The position numbers and the translations under genes were made by a program. A stretch of 61,300 bases of DNA, from contig JAUVXW010000029.1 in the NCBI GenBank assembly GCA_030603385.1, positions 1-61,300 on the forward strand, given 5' to 3'. The notes below the pieces were generated by a model. That model was given only the letters and a program-made list of their open reading frames with translations, was not told where the DNA came from and did no database searches. Positions 1-10,970 of the stretch are shown piece after piece. The stretch comes from Promethearchaeota archaeon (lineage in GTDB: Archaea; Asgardarchaeota; Lokiarchaeia; Sigyniarchaeales; SOKP01). Numbering within the stretch: position 1 is the stretch's first letter; each line of letters begins with the position of its first letter.

Positions 1-41
1 TAAAAATCTAAAAAAAAAAACAAAAAAGAGTAAATGAGAAC

Positions 42-3000
42 ATGGGTGTAATACTAAAAATCGCATTACGTAATATGAAAAGGCGTAAGGTTCGTTATAT
101 TCTGACTACAATTACCCTTGTAATTAGTGTTGCTTTGTTTGGGGGTGTAATGATTGTCTCTGACTCGTTTAATAAAATGTTCCTAGGTACTATTGATAAA
201 CAAATGGGTACAGCCGACATTCTCGTTAGATCTGCTAATAGTACTGATGGTTGGTTTGATCCTAACGAAATTAACAGTGAAATCGAAGATATAAAATACG
301 TTGATGATGTGGTTTATAGAATTGCTGGATTTGAAGTTCACGTTAGCGCAACTGATAGTGGAAACCAAGTTGATAATAGTACTAGAACGGGGATAAATGG
401 TATTGATCATCTAGATCCGGAAGAAAGGAAATTAGGCGGAGATCCATATATAATAGAATCAGTAGGTGATGGAGATAAAATTGAAGAACTTCTTGAATAT
501 GTTGATCCTATTAATAATGACAGCGTTTTGGTTATTTCGGAATCATTAAAAATCCAATTAGGAAAAGATTTTGAAGCAGGTGATAGTGTGTGGATTTTTC
601 CTGTCAATGGATCAGAACTTGGATACATTCATTGGGATACAGGAACATGGCTTGAATATACGGTTGTTGCAATTATACGGGATATTGGTGAAGCTCGTGA
701 TTTTGATCCAGAAAATCCATCAGATTCCTCAATGTTTTCACAAGGACCGGGAATATTTTCAAACATCAATAATACACATGAACTAGTAGATGGCGGGGAA
801 AATCATACTGGTGAGTATAATCTGGGTGTTGTTGGATGTGATAATATATACAGTGTTTCTTATGTTGCCGAAAAAATTGAAAACAATTTAGACGCTCTTA
901 ATGATGGAAGAGATTGGAGGGTTAATGACTTAAAATCAGACAGTATAGAGAGGGTAGAAACCACAATGAGCACGATGCGTACTATGTTTATGATGTTTGG
1001 GATTATTTCATTAGTACTTTCAATTATACTAATGATGAACATCTTTAACATTATTAAAAAAGAACAAGAATACGAAACAGGCATGTTCCAAGCAATAGGA
1101 GCATCAAAAACTGAAACTTTTAAGATGTTCTTAACCCAAGGAGTAGTAATGGGAGTAATTGGAGCGTCAATAGGGACCGCATTTTCCTACTTAATATCTT
1201 ATGTGATCTTTTCAGTAGCCTTACAGACTATTCAGAGCATTGCAGCTCAAATGGGAGGATTTTCAATTTCAGATTTTACGGTTGTTTTATATCCAGCAAC
1301 TCTAATAATTACATTTGTAATAGGGTTAGTTTCTTGTATTATTGCTTCGCTTTATCCTAGCTGGAAAGCAAGTCGTAAACCCATTATTGAAAATTTAAAT
1401 CCTATTGAAGAAAAGTCTAAAAGGGAGAAAAAACATATTTGGAGAAGACTTATTTTCTTTATTTTAGGAGGATTACTTATTTTATCTGGGTTTTGGCTCA
1501 TGTATTCCACTTCTGGAACAACAACCGAAGTTCAGACAGCTCCAGGTCCTCCTCAAGGAATGGTTTTGTCAATGTTTGCTCCTCTATTAGTCTTGTTTGG
1601 GATCATTTGGTTATTAGCACTTAGTATTAAACCACTTAATAAAGCCTTTGTATTCTTGTTTTCTCCATACCTTCGAAAAACAAAACTATTAACTGAAAAG
1701 AATATATTAAGACATCGAAGGAGGACGACTCTTACCTTTGCAATGATTGCAATAACAACAAGTTTTCTTATTGGGATGAGTGTTATGATGGATTCTATGA
1801 GAGCAGGAGTAAATACTACGGTTAATGACTTTATGGGTGCAGATATTCGAGCAATTGCCTTTACTCCAAGATCTTTCCAAGATGGACTTATCAACCAACC
1901 AGGAGTAGAGGATGTAATGGGAGTGAGTCATCAAAATGCTCAAATTCAAATAGATGGTGATTGGGTTGGGCATAGTTTACTTGAGAGCGTATACAATCAA
2001 ACCATAACTATAAACGTAATAGACCCTGCAAAAATTAAAAAACATATGACCAAAACCGTAATAATCTCCCCATCAACAATGACACTTAGCGAAATGATGG
2101 ATGAAATCGAAATTGGAAACAACATTATAATTGCTGAAGATTTTGCTGAAGACTATAATGTTAAAGTTGGTGAAACTATTCCCGTTAAATTTTCTCTTGG
2201 AGAACCGATTTATGCAAATCAGACGGCATATCTTGAAGGAGATGATTATAATAGACATGAATATACAGTTGTAGTAAATATGGATGTTGTGGCAATTGTA
2301 AGAAGTATTCAAGGATTTTCAACTGTAGATATCATGGGATTTCTAAGTGAAGGAAAAATTTATAATACATTTATCTCTTGGGAAACATACGAGGAAATCG
2401 CAGACGAAAACTTGCCTGGTGCAGGAACTGATTTAGTTTTTAGGCAACAAACTCAAACTGGAAATACAGATTTAGATGATATTCAACCAAATTGGTTTAA
2501 TTTTTCTACTGTTGAAACAATTATGAATAACATCAGTGGAATTGAATATTATACAACGAGAATGGACTATTACACACTCATATATGATGGATTCCCAATC
2601 CTAAACCCAGTTGTTGGTATTCATACAAATTCAATTGGGAAACTAAAATCTGATTCATATTTCGGAAATAATAGCCTCGTAAATAAAAGTGGCAATTACA
2701 CTGGAGATACAATGGAAGAACTTCTAGATACAATGGAAAAGGTATGCGTGGTTGATGAAACTTTCATAATGCTTAATCCTTCATTTAATATTGGTGATAA
2801 TATATCAATTTTTCCACAAGAATTCATATTAAAAACTATAAATGCGGGAGGTATACAATACATTACAACAGTGGATATAGATAATTCTACTTCATTTTCA
2901 GGTAGTACAGCGAATTTAACTCTTTCAGATGATGTGTACTTGTCATTTGTGAGTAAACAGGAGTGGCTTGCTTTAAATCTTACTGTGAATTTGCCACCGT

Positions 3001-4193
3001 TTAATTTATATAAAACTATTAATGTTACAATAGAAACTTCACTAAATGCTACTGTGGATTCTCTTGATTTAGAAGCCCTTAACATTTATACTAATACATT
3101 TGATAAATTAGGTCCTATTAATAACGTTACGGAAGCAAATAACACGTTTGTATTCGATTTAAACCACTATTATATTGATTCGATGAATATGCTCAAATTA
3201 AGAATAATAGGTCAAAATTCCACATACAATGGTGACTATAACTTAACTATTGATAGTTTAAAGTTTGGAGTAGCTCAATCAGTTGAATCTTTAGAAACTT
3301 TCGAGGATTGGCCAAAATTTGAAATTATTGGAATTATTGAAGATCCTACATATTTTAATACAGAAAGATACAATTGGATTAAAGATAATGAAAGGGCATA
3401 CTTTATTGGTGGAAATTCAGTGTACATAAGTTATGAAAATGCGCGAAACATTATATATCCCGATTATAGAGGATCTAACTTTTCCAATGATATGGTAACT
3501 TCAGTATTAGTTCACAGCGACCAACCAGAAAATATAGCGACTCATAATTATATTTTATTAGAAAAACTCGATGCTGAGGTAGGTGGAAACTGGACAGTCA
3601 TAGATCTTAAAAGTTTAACTCTTGAATTTAGAACTAATGTTTTTGACTGGTTTGCGTGGGTAGAAAAGGGAGTGCATGATGAGGATGCTCTAGAAGATAT
3701 TATTGCTTATATAGAAGATAGAGGTTATCTTATTATATTCGCTTTTACAAAATCTTTTGCAAGCTCCATATTTAGAACTATGATTAATTTAATAACTTTC
3801 ATAACAAATGGATTACTTATCTTTTCTATAATAATAGCAATGATTGGGCTGACGCTTCATAGCCTCCTTACAACTATGGCACGTAGAAGAGAAATAGGGA
3901 TGCTTAGGTCAATAGGATTAGACAAAAAGGGAGTAATACGATCAATATCTGGGGAAACATTAATCTTAGCTCTTCTAGGTGTCTTTACGGGTATATTTGC
4001 AGGTCTAGTTCAAGGATCTTTAATGGTGGATACAATGCCCTCAGGTGGATTCCTCACAGTTACTTGGACGATTCCATGGTTAACTATTGGTCTTTTGGTA
4101 GCAATTGTATTAATCACTGTGATTCTGAGCTCACGATATCCTGCAAAATGGGCAGCTAACTTGAATATAATAGATGCGGTGAGAACAAGATAA
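42..4193 (+). CDS. Very large MacB/FtsX-type ABC transporter permease (two FtsX repeats, large extracytoplasmic domains)
   Basis: N-terminal IALRNMKRRKVRYILT+TM; internal KNILRHRRRTTLT+TM; FtsX signatures EYETGMFQAIGASK and RRREIGMLRSIGLDK; C-terminal YPAKWAANLNIIDAVR; followed by two ABC ATPases. Confidence 0.9.
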   Translation: MGVILKIALRNMKRRKVRYILTTITLVISVALFGGVMIVSDSFNKMFLGTIDKQMGTADILVRSANSTDGWFDPNEINSEIEDIKYVDDVVYRIAGFEVHVSATDSGNQVDNSTRTGINGIDHLDPEERKLGGDPYIIESVGDGDKIEELLEYVDPINNDSVLVISESLKIQLGKDFEAGDSVWIFPVNGSELGYIHWDTGTWLEYTVVAIIRDIGEARDFDPENPSDSSMFSQGPGIFSNINNTHELVDGGENHTGEYNLGVVGCDNIYSVSYVAEKIENNLDALNDGRDWRVNDLKSDSIERVETTMSTMRTMFMMFGIISLVLSIILMMNIFNIIKKEQEYETGMFQAIGASKTETFKMFLTQGVVMGVIGASIGTAFSYLISYVIFSVALQTIQSIAAQMGGFSISDFTVVLYPATLIITFVIGLVSCIIASLYPSWKASRKPIIENLNPIEEKSKREKKHIWRRLIFFILGGLLILSGFWLMYSTSGTTTEVQTAPGPPQGMVLSMFAPLLVLFGIIWLLALSIKPLNKAFVFLFSPYLRKTKLLTEKNILRHRRRTTLTFAMIAITTSFLIGMSVMMDSMRAGVNTTVNDFMGADIRAIAFTPRSFQDGLINQPGVEDVMGVSHQNAQIQIDGDWVGHSLLESVYNQTITINVIDPAKIKKHMTKTVIISPSTMTLSEMMDEIEIGNNIIIAEDFAEDYNVKVGETIPVKFSLGEPIYANQTAYLEGDDYNRHEYTVVVNMDVVAIVRSIQGFSTVDIMGFLSEGKIYNTFISWETYEEIADENLPGAGTDLVFRQQTQTGNTDLDDIQPNWFNFSTVETIMNNISGIEYYTTRMDYYTLIYDGFPILNPVVGIHTNSIGKLKSDSYFGNNSLVNKSGNYTGDTMEELLDTMEKVCVVDETFIMLNPSFNIGDNISIFPQEFILKTINAGGIQYITTVDIDNSTSFSGSTANLTLSDDVYLSFVSKQEWLALNLTVNLPPFNLYKTINVTIETSLNATVDSLDLEALNIYTNTFDKLGPINNVTEANNTFVFDLNHYYIDSMNMLKLRIIGQNSTYNGDYNLTIDSLKFGVAQSVESLETFEDWPKFEIIGIIEDPTYFNTERYNWIKDNERAYFIGGNSVYISYENARNIIYPDYRGSNFSNDMVTSVLVHSDQPENIATHNYILLEKLDAEVGGNWTVIDLKSLTLEFRTNVFDWFAWVEKGVHDEDALEDIIAYIEDRGYLIIFAFTKSFASSIFRTMINLITFITNGLLIFSIIIAMIGLTLHSLLTTMARRREIGMLRSIGLDKKGVIRSISGETLILALLGVFTGIFAGLVQGSLMVDTMPSGGFLTVTWTIPWLTIGLLVAIVLITVILSSRYPAKWAANLNIIDAVRTR

Positions 4194-4229
4194 TTTTTTT
4201 ATTTTCATTAACAAAAAAGGTGAAAAAAA

Positions 4230-5030
4230 ATGTCAATTGAAAAGAAAAAAGTGAGGATGAATAAACAACGAAGAGCAACGGCAAAGGCGGTTAGAGTAGA
4301 TCCTGACATAGTTCTTACTGTAAAAGATCTCACCAAAACTTACACAATAGGTAATTCCACAATCACAGCTCTAAATGAAGTTAATCTTACAATCAGAAAA
4401 GGCGAATTTATTGCTATTGTAGGTCCATCTGGTTCAGGAAAAACAACTCTAATAAATTGCCTAGGTGCTCTTGATTTTCCAGATTCAGGTAAGATTATAT
4501 ATAACGTTGATGCTGAAGGGATGGGGCTTGATATAATGCAAATGACCAATAAACAACACAAAAAGATGCGATTGAAAAAGATTGGTTTAATTTTCCAATT
4601 CTATAATCTTTTTCCAATTCTTACAGCTTACGAAAATGTAGAGCTTCCAATGGTAATTGCTAAGAAGGATACTAAATTGAGAGAAGAAAAAGTTAAAAGT
4701 CTTCTAAAAAGAATTGGACTTGAAGAACGAATGGAGCATCTACCAACACAGATGTCGGGTGGGGAACAACAAAGAGTCACAATAGCCAGAGCTTTAGTTA
4801 ACGAACCTCTTATCATTCTTGCTGATGAACCTACAGGGGAACTTGATACGGAAACGACTACAAATATTATGAAAATTTTCCTTGATTTAAAAAACGCTGG
4901 AGAGTCAATTTTAATGGTTACCCATAATGTAAGGATAGCAGAAGTAGCAGATAGGATTATCACTCTTACTGATGGAGAATTTACAGGAGAAAAAAAGGGT
5001 GGAAAATCAATTGAAGATATCTACAAATAA
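4230..5030 (+). CDS. ABC ATP-binding protein, LolD/MacB family
   Basis: Walker A GPSGSGKT, signature MSGGEQQRV, Walker B ILADEPTGELD, H-loop VTH. Confidence 0.95.
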   Translation: MSIEKKKVRMNKQRRATAKAVRVDPDIVLTVKDLTKTYTIGNSTITALNEVNLTIRKGEFIAIVGPSGSGKTTLINCLGALDFPDSGKIIYNVDAEGMGLDIMQMTNKQHKKMRLKKIGLIFQFYNLFPILTAYENVELPMVIAKKDTKLREEKVKSLLKRIGLEERMEHLPTQMSGGEQQRVTIARALVNEPLIILADEPTGELDTETTTNIMKIFLDLKNAGESILMVTHNVRIAEVADRIITLTDGEFTGEKKGGKSIEDIYK

Positions 5031-5049
5031 TAAATTGGAGGCATAAAAG

Positions 5050-5814
5050 ATGAGAAAAACAAAAAAGAGTAAAGAACAGGACTCAGTATTTCAAGATGCA
5101 AAAGATTATGAATTAAACCCTGAAGCAATGATCCAAACGTTTGATTTAACAAAGATCTATAATATTACTGAAGGCATTGAAATTAAAGCTTTAAATGGTG
5201 TTAGCATAGATATTAAGAAAGGTGAATTTGTATCTGTTATGGGTCCATCCGGTTCTGGAAAAACCACACTTCTAAATATGATTGGTGCTCTCGATAATCC
5301 TACGAATGGTGCAGTGCACATCAATAGAACAAATATAGCACATATGGATGACAAACAACGTACAAATTTAAGACTTAACGAAATTGGGTTCATTTTTCAA
5401 TTTTATAATCTAGTACCAGTTCTTTCAGCTTATGAAAATGTGGAGCTTCCAATGATATTTGCGGCTAGGACTAAACAAGAAATAGAAAAAAATGTTAATA
5501 AATTTCTTGATCTTGTTGGTCTAATCGAAAAGAAAGATCATCTGCCATCTGAACTTTCAGGTGGAGAGCAACAGAGAGTTGCTATTGCCCGTGCGTTATG
5601 TAATGAACCTTCCATCTTAATTGCTGACGAACCAACAGGCGAACTTGATACAAAAATGGGTAAGGAGATAGTTAAACTATTGCGAGAACTTAATTTAGAG
5701 CTTAATCAAACGATTTTAATGGTAACACACGATCCGGCGGTTGGTATGCTCGCTGAAAGGATGCTAAAAATGCGAGACGGTAAAATTATCGAAACGATAA
5801 TCACAAAAAATTAA
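5050..5814 (+). CDS. ABC ATP-binding protein, LolD/MacB family (second paralog)
   Basis: GPSGSGKT, LSGGEQQRVAIARAL, IADEPTGELD, VTHD; GGAGG upstream. Confidence 0.95.
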   Translation: MRKTKKSKEQDSVFQDAKDYELNPEAMIQTFDLTKIYNITEGIEIKALNGVSIDIKKGEFVSVMGPSGSGKTTLLNMIGALDNPTNGAVHINRTNIAHMDDKQRTNLRLNEIGFIFQFYNLVPVLSAYENVELPMIFAARTKQEIEKNVNKFLDLVGLIEKKDHLPSELSGGEQQRVAIARALCNEPSILIADEPTGELDTKMGKEIVKLLRELNLELNQTILMVTHDPAVGMLAERMLKMRDGKIIETIITKN

Positions 5815-5967
5815 ATCTTATTTTAAAGAACTTTAAGCACTATTTAAAAACTATATTGGTAAAGATCTCGAAATTCTTTCTATGATTTAGTTTATCTTTA
5901 AAATTTAATTACAATTGAATATTCTAATTATTTATTATATTTCTATAACTACTTAACGAGATTTAAA

Positions 5968-7215
5968 ATGCAAGAAAAAGTTATTAACGACAGTATTTTG
6001 GAAAAGATGACATTAGAAAATGTCTTCAAGATTTTTAATAATAATGTTTATCCGATGTTAAAAGATGAAGATATTCAATTTTGTGAAGATTTGGAGAATT
6101 TCTGTATAGAGCTTCATTCTAAAATTGATAAAAGTCAAGATGTTTATAGTATGTTTCCTGAACTTGGTAGACATGGATACATACAGCGTATCAATAAATA
6201 TAAAGACTTTACTCCCTATGGTATGAAGAATGAAATCCTTTTAGCAACAATAATGTCTATTTGTGATCCACCATTAGAGTTTGCTAGAATAGCAAGTGGG
6301 AATCTTTGTGGGAATCCAACATTTCGACATGGTAAATCAGAAGAAATTCTTAAGGTACAAGAAGAAATAGTGACTGGGAAAGCTGTAGGTAGTATTTGTA
6401 TTACAGAACCTGAAAGAGGCTCTGATGCTGTGAATTTAAAGACAAAATGTACAAAAGTTGATGATGGGGTTATCTTTAATGGTGAAAAAGTTTTTACGAC
6501 TAATGGTTCTAAATCGAAATATTTCGTTACTTATGGTGTTTATGATGTTGAAAGTCCAAGAGATACAATGGTTCAAGGTATGATATCGAGGGATTTCGGA
6601 GGTGTTGAAACAAAAAGATTAAAAGTTAATTCGGTTCCTCGTGCTCATATTTCTCATACCATTTTCAACGATGTGAAGGTACCGATGGAATATATTTTAG
6701 GTGATAATGGTGCAGGATATAGAAACCTTTTTGATGGTCTAATTCCAGAACGTATTGGATTAACGGGGAGTGCTCTCGGAGTTTCCTGGGGGGCTCTTAT
6801 TTATGGAATAATTTATACTAATCTTAGAAAACAATTTGGGAAACCAGTTATACGATACCAAGGAGTAGGTTATGGACTTGCCGATTTACTAGCAAAGAAT
6901 ACCGCGGCTACTTCATTAGCTTTACAAATAGCAACTACATATGATGAAAAAATAATTTTCGCTGAAAGCCCTTCTAAAGAAGCAGAAAAATGGATTGCAG
7001 CTGTTTCTTCTCAAGGAAAACACTTTGTGGGAAAACTCTCACATGAAACATGTTATGAAGTCCAACAACATATGGGTGGTATAAGTGTTACAGATAATAC
7101 TCCTGTTGATGAACTTGCGGACCAAAGTAAGGTTGAAGAAGTAATAGGCGGTGCCAGAAACATCCAACTTCTGTTAATCCAAGGGCAAATTCAAAGGTTT
7201 ATGCGATTACTATAA
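5968..7215 (+). CDS. Acyl-CoA dehydrogenase family protein
   Basis: CITEPERGSDA, NGEKVFTTNG, RKQFGKPV, QHMGG motifs. Confidence 0.93.
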   Translation: MQEKVINDSILEKMTLENVFKIFNNNVYPMLKDEDIQFCEDLENFCIELHSKIDKSQDVYSMFPELGRHGYIQRINKYKDFTPYGMKNEILLATIMSICDPPLEFARIASGNLCGNPTFRHGKSEEILKVQEEIVTGKAVGSICITEPERGSDAVNLKTKCTKVDDGVIFNGEKVFTTNGSKSKYFVTYGVYDVESPRDTMVQGMISRDFGGVETKRLKVNSVPRAHISHTIFNDVKVPMEYILGDNGAGYRNLFDGLIPERIGLTGSALGVSWGALIYGIIYTNLRKQFGKPVIRYQGVGYGLADLLAKNTAATSLALQIATTYDEKIIFAESPSKEAEKWIAAVSSQGKHFVGKLSHETCYEVQQHMGGISVTDNTPVDELADQSKVEEVIGGARNIQLLLIQGQIQRFMRLL

Positions 7216-7234
7216 TTTTTTTTTATATTTTTTT
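7216..7234 (+). terminator. Oligo-T tract, probable archaeal intrinsic terminator
   Basis: T9 run then a further T run directly after the stop codon. Confidence 0.55.
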
Positions 7235-7393
7235 ATTTACTACTTAACTCTTAGGATCGTCTTATTTATATGTAGGAACGTTTTCCCATCTATTCAAATT
7301 TCATATTAAAACTTTAATTTGGATAAAAAATATAACCTAATTAATTCTATGTCTTTCAATATAAATAATTAGATAAGAAAATTTGGCGAAAAA

Positions 7394-8653
7394 ATGTTTC
7401 AAGAGAAAATTATAAATGATGATATCCTTGCAAAAATGTCATTGGAAAATGTCTTCAAAATTTTCAATGATAATGTTTATCCTATGCTAAATACAGAAGA
7501 ACGAGAGTATTGTGATAAACTTCAAGAATTTTGTATTGATTTAAATCCTAAAATCGATCGTTCTAAGGACGTATATGGTTTACTCCCGGAACTTGGAAAA
7601 CATGGTTATATACAACGTATTAACCCTTGGAAAGACTTTAAACCTGTTGGAATGAAAAAGGAAATATTATTAGGCACCCATCTTTCAATGCTAGATCCAC
7701 AATTAGAATTAGCACGACTAGCAAGTGGGATTTTATGTGGGAATCCAACTTTTCATTATTATGAACATGGAGGAGAATCTGATGTCGCACGTAAAATTCA
7801 GGATGAATTATTATCGGGACAAAAAATTGGTTGTATTGGAATTACTGAACCTGAAAGAGGTTCTGATGCTGTTAATATGACGACTATTTGTACAAAAACA
7901 GATGATGGCGTCATATTCAATGGAGAAAAAGTCTATACAACCAATGGTCCTAAAGCAGATTATTTCTGTTGTTATGGTGTTTATGATGAAGGGAATCCAA
8001 GAGACACAATGGTACAAGGTATTATTGCTCGTGAATTTGGTGTGAAAACTGAGCGTTTGAAAATAAATTCTGTACCACGAGTTCACATAGCACATACTAT
8101 ATTAGATAATGTTAAAGTTCCTCAAGATTATATACTTGCAGATAATGGATTAGGATACAAGAGACTTTTTGAAGGATTAGTACCCGAGAGACTTTCAATA
8201 ATGGGAAGTGGAATAGGAATTTGCTGGGCTGGTATAATTTATGGCATTATTTATACCAATTTAAGAAAACAATTCGGCAAACCTGTGATCAGATATCAAG
8301 GTGTTGGATATGGACTGGCAGATTTATTAACCAAATCAAGTGCTGCTACGGCATTAGCTCTCCAAGCTGCAACGGTATACGATGAGAAAATATTATTTGC
8401 TGATGAACCTTCAAAAGAAGCAGGGAAATGGATTGCTGCAATTTCCTCACAAGGTAAATATTATGTCGCTAAACTAACTCATGAAATATGCTATGAAGTT
8501 CAGCAACATATGGGTGGTATGAGCGTCACGGATAATACTCCACTGGATGAATTAACCGATGTAAGTAAAATAGAGGAAGTTATAGGTGGAGCAAGAAACA
8601 TTCAACTTCTATTAATCCAAGGGCAAATTCAAAGGTTTATGCGATTACTATAA
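7394..8653 (+). CDS. Acyl-CoA dehydrogenase family protein (tandem paralog)
   Basis: GITEPERGSDA, NGEKVYTTNG, RKQFGKPV; collinear with the 5968..7215 protein, identical C-terminal GGARNIQLLLIQGQIQRFMRLL. Confidence 0.93.
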   Translation: MFQEKIINDDILAKMSLENVFKIFNDNVYPMLNTEEREYCDKLQEFCIDLNPKIDRSKDVYGLLPELGKHGYIQRINPWKDFKPVGMKKEILLGTHLSMLDPQLELARLASGILCGNPTFHYYEHGGESDVARKIQDELLSGQKIGCIGITEPERGSDAVNMTTICTKTDDGVIFNGEKVYTTNGPKADYFCCYGVYDEGNPRDTMVQGIIAREFGVKTERLKINSVPRVHIAHTILDNVKVPQDYILADNGLGYKRLFEGLVPERLSIMGSGIGICWAGIIYGIIYTNLRKQFGKPVIRYQGVGYGLADLLTKSSAATALALQAATVYDEKILFADEPSKEAGKWIAAISSQGKYYVAKLTHEICYEVQQHMGGMSVTDNTPLDELTDVSKIEEVIGGARNIQLLLIQGQIQRFMRLL

Positions 8654-8690
8654 CCATTTTTTTTTATTATTATCTTTATTTCTATTTTAT

Positions 8691-9506
8691 TTAATTAAAA
8701 AATAGGCTAAAAATTGATGTGATAATCGATTTTAAGCTAACTCCTAAAAGAAAACAAAATATAATAATTTGGAATTTTTTTACAGCTATTTTAGGGGTAA
8801 TCTGATGACCGAGTTTAGTCCCAAGGAATATAACAGGGAATGCTAAAAGAAACAAAAGTAATAATTCATATGGGAATACTCCATCTTTAATAAAATAAAA
8901 AGGGATTCTTGAAATAGATAACATGGTTCCAATAGCAGCGAAATTTTCGATAAAACGCTCTCGATAATGGCCTGTTTTTTCCAACAATGCTACATTAAGA
9001 GGTCCTGCTGCGCTAATTAAACCCGTTAATAAACCATATGAAAAACCCCCGAAAATGATGAGTGATGAAGATGAATTCATGTTGTCTTCTTTCTCATTTT
9101 CTATGATATCACTAAGACTATTGAATTTAGCATCAGAGCGATTTTTAATATATTGAATAAGTTTTAGAGAAGAATAAATTAAAACAAATATCCCAAAGAT
9201 TAATTCAATCCATTCTAATCTAATGTTTATTATTAAATAAGTTGCAAAAATTGTAGCAGGAATTCCTAATGATAAGAATCTATAAAAATAAGCTCTATCT
9301 AAAAACTCTCGATATTTAATAAAGTTGAGTAAAGCAGGAAAAGTTCCCCAGAGATTCACTAATATCACCGCATTTCTTATCCCTATGATTGGAGTTATAA
9401 TAGGAATCAACACTAATGCGTCTCCAAAACCTATAATTCCATAAACCATACTCGAGAAAAAAATTGCGATTAATGATAGATAGATGATCATTTTATAAAT
9501 TTTCAA
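8691..9506 (-). CDS. Sulfite exporter TauE/SafE (TSUP) family membrane protein
   Basis: GIIGFGDALVLIP and GLLTGLISAAGP repeat motifs, about 8 TM segments, GTKLG near C-terminus. Confidence 0.8.
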   Translation of the reverse strand: MKIYKMIIYLSLIAIFFSSMVYGIIGFGDALVLIPIITPIIGIRNAVILVNLWGTFPALLNFIKYREFLDRAYFYRFLSLGIPATIFATYLIINIRLEWIELIFGIFVLIYSSLKLIQYIKNRSDAKFNSLSDIIENEKEDNMNSSSSLIIFGGFSYGLLTGLISAAGPLNVALLEKTGHYRERFIENFAAIGTMLSISRIPFYFIKDGVFPYELLLLFLLAFPVIFLGTKLGHQITPKIAVKKFQIIIFCFLLGVSLKSIITSIFSLFFN

Positions 9507-9596
9507 AATCTTCTTAATGTAAAATCTTTTAGATTGAGAATCAATCTAATTACAAATTAGTCAGAAAAATCAAAAATTTTTAAATTTTAATAAAAG

Positions 9597-10337
9597 TCAA
9601 AATATTTCATTAATTCTTTTTTGAGGTTCTTTTTTTCTTTTTCCAAAAAGAATTTTTTTATTTTTTTCTATAAATCGAGGTCCAAATCCCGTTAAATCCC
9701 CCAATGGTCCCTTTATCCCTTTCATTCGTCCTGTTTTAGTATATAAGATTTCAGTATGTTTTATAGCTTTAAATACTTGATATGGCGTTTTATACTTATC
9801 TATCAATGTTTTTGCTTTTTTTGGGCCTATATCTACTAAGCCTTCAATGATAAAAGACCGTCTTTCTTTTTTAGCCATTTCTTTAGGCGCTTTTCGCGAT
9901 AATAATGGCATATTATCTTTTACTTGTTCACGGTATGCGATTCTCTCAATCACAATTGCAGTATCCTCTAAATTTCTTGTGGGAATTACTGAAATCCCTA
10001 ACTTGTATGATATATACGAGAGGGCACCATAAATTGATGAGATTTTCATACCAGTGTTTTCAAAAACGTCATCATTTAAACCTTCCAATATTAAAATAGG
10101 GTGTTGATACGTTTCTTTAAGACGTAATAATTGTTCAAATAATCTATTATCCATTATTGAAGAAACAAAATCGAAGCCTTCTTTTCTCTCAATTGCTACC
10201 TCACTAGAAATAACTATATCAGCAATATCTAATTGTTTTGATTCATAAGCTATTTTGTCTTTTTTTTTATCTAAAAGAGCTTTTAGTTTATTTTCCCTAT
10301 GATCTACAATTATATGAACTTGTTCAATTTGTTTCAT
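9597..10337 (-). CDS. ERCC4/XPF-family structure-specific endonuclease (short form: nuclease + HhH)
   Basis: IIVDHRE, ADIVIS..AIERK..DF..SI.D.RLFEQ, LILEG; HhH-like GLVDIGPKKAKTLI. Confidence 0.9.
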   Translation of the reverse strand: MKQIEQVHIIVDHRENKLKALLDKKKDKIAYESKQLDIADIVISSEVAIERKEGFDFVSSIMDNRLFEQLLRLKETYQHPILILEGLNDDVFENTGMKISSIYGALSYISYKLGISVIPTRNLEDTAIVIERIAYREQVKDNMPLLSRKAPKEMAKKERRSFIIEGLVDIGPKKAKTLIDKYKTPYQVFKAIKHTEILYTKTGRMKGIKGPLGDLTGFGPRFIEKNKKILFGKRKKEPQKRINEIF

Positions 10338-10429
10338 GGTGCTATTTAAAATTAAACTAGTTAGATATTAAATATTTAACATTTGAATTATTAAAGGAAT
10401 AATTTTAAGTTTTAACATCAGAGTATTTT

Positions 10430-10924
10430 TTATTCTTCCTTAGTGATTATTGTTTGATAACTCCCTTTTAAGTATTCATTGATATCTTTCCTATGATATA
10501 ATTTATTATTTATTACAATGAATATTAAAATCGCAACTCCAATAAGCTCTGTTATAATAACAACAGGATCGGAAAATAATTGACTAAACCAGAAAGATAG
10601 GGGCTCTTCAAGCAATAAAAAATCGTATGATATAAGAGGGTAAAATAATGGAACTTTTGGGATATCAAGGATAAGATGAATACTCATTCCCGCTAAAAAT
10701 GGAACAGAAATCCTGAGATTTCTCTTAGTAAATATAAAAAGAATTAAGAAAGCTATAAGAATGAAAAATAAATTATGGGAGAATAGCCTTCCGGTTCCTA
10801 ATCCTAGCAATAATAGTGGTTTATCAATTATATCTGGGAATAAAGATCCAATAATTAGTGAGAACCTATTGATTTCCAATTTTTTAATTACTGGTATCTC
10901 TGAAATAAATAATGGTAAAGCCAT
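10430..10924 (-). CDS. Membrane-bound metal-dependent hydrolase (YdjM-like)
   Basis: GSLFPDIIDKP, GRLFSHNL and HLILD motifs; hydrophobic segments. Confidence 0.75.
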   Translation of the reverse strand: MALPLFISEIPVIKKLEINRFSLIIGSLFPDIIDKPLLLLGLGTGRLFSHNLFFILIAFLILFIFTKRNLRISVPFLAGMSIHLILDIPKVPLFYPLISYDFLLLEEPLSFWFSQLFSDPVVIITELIGVAILIFIVINNKLYHRKDINEYLKGSYQTIITKEE

Positions 10925-10970
10925 ATGGAATAATAGAAAAATCTTAGTTCCCTCTTCTTCTAATTAGGAA

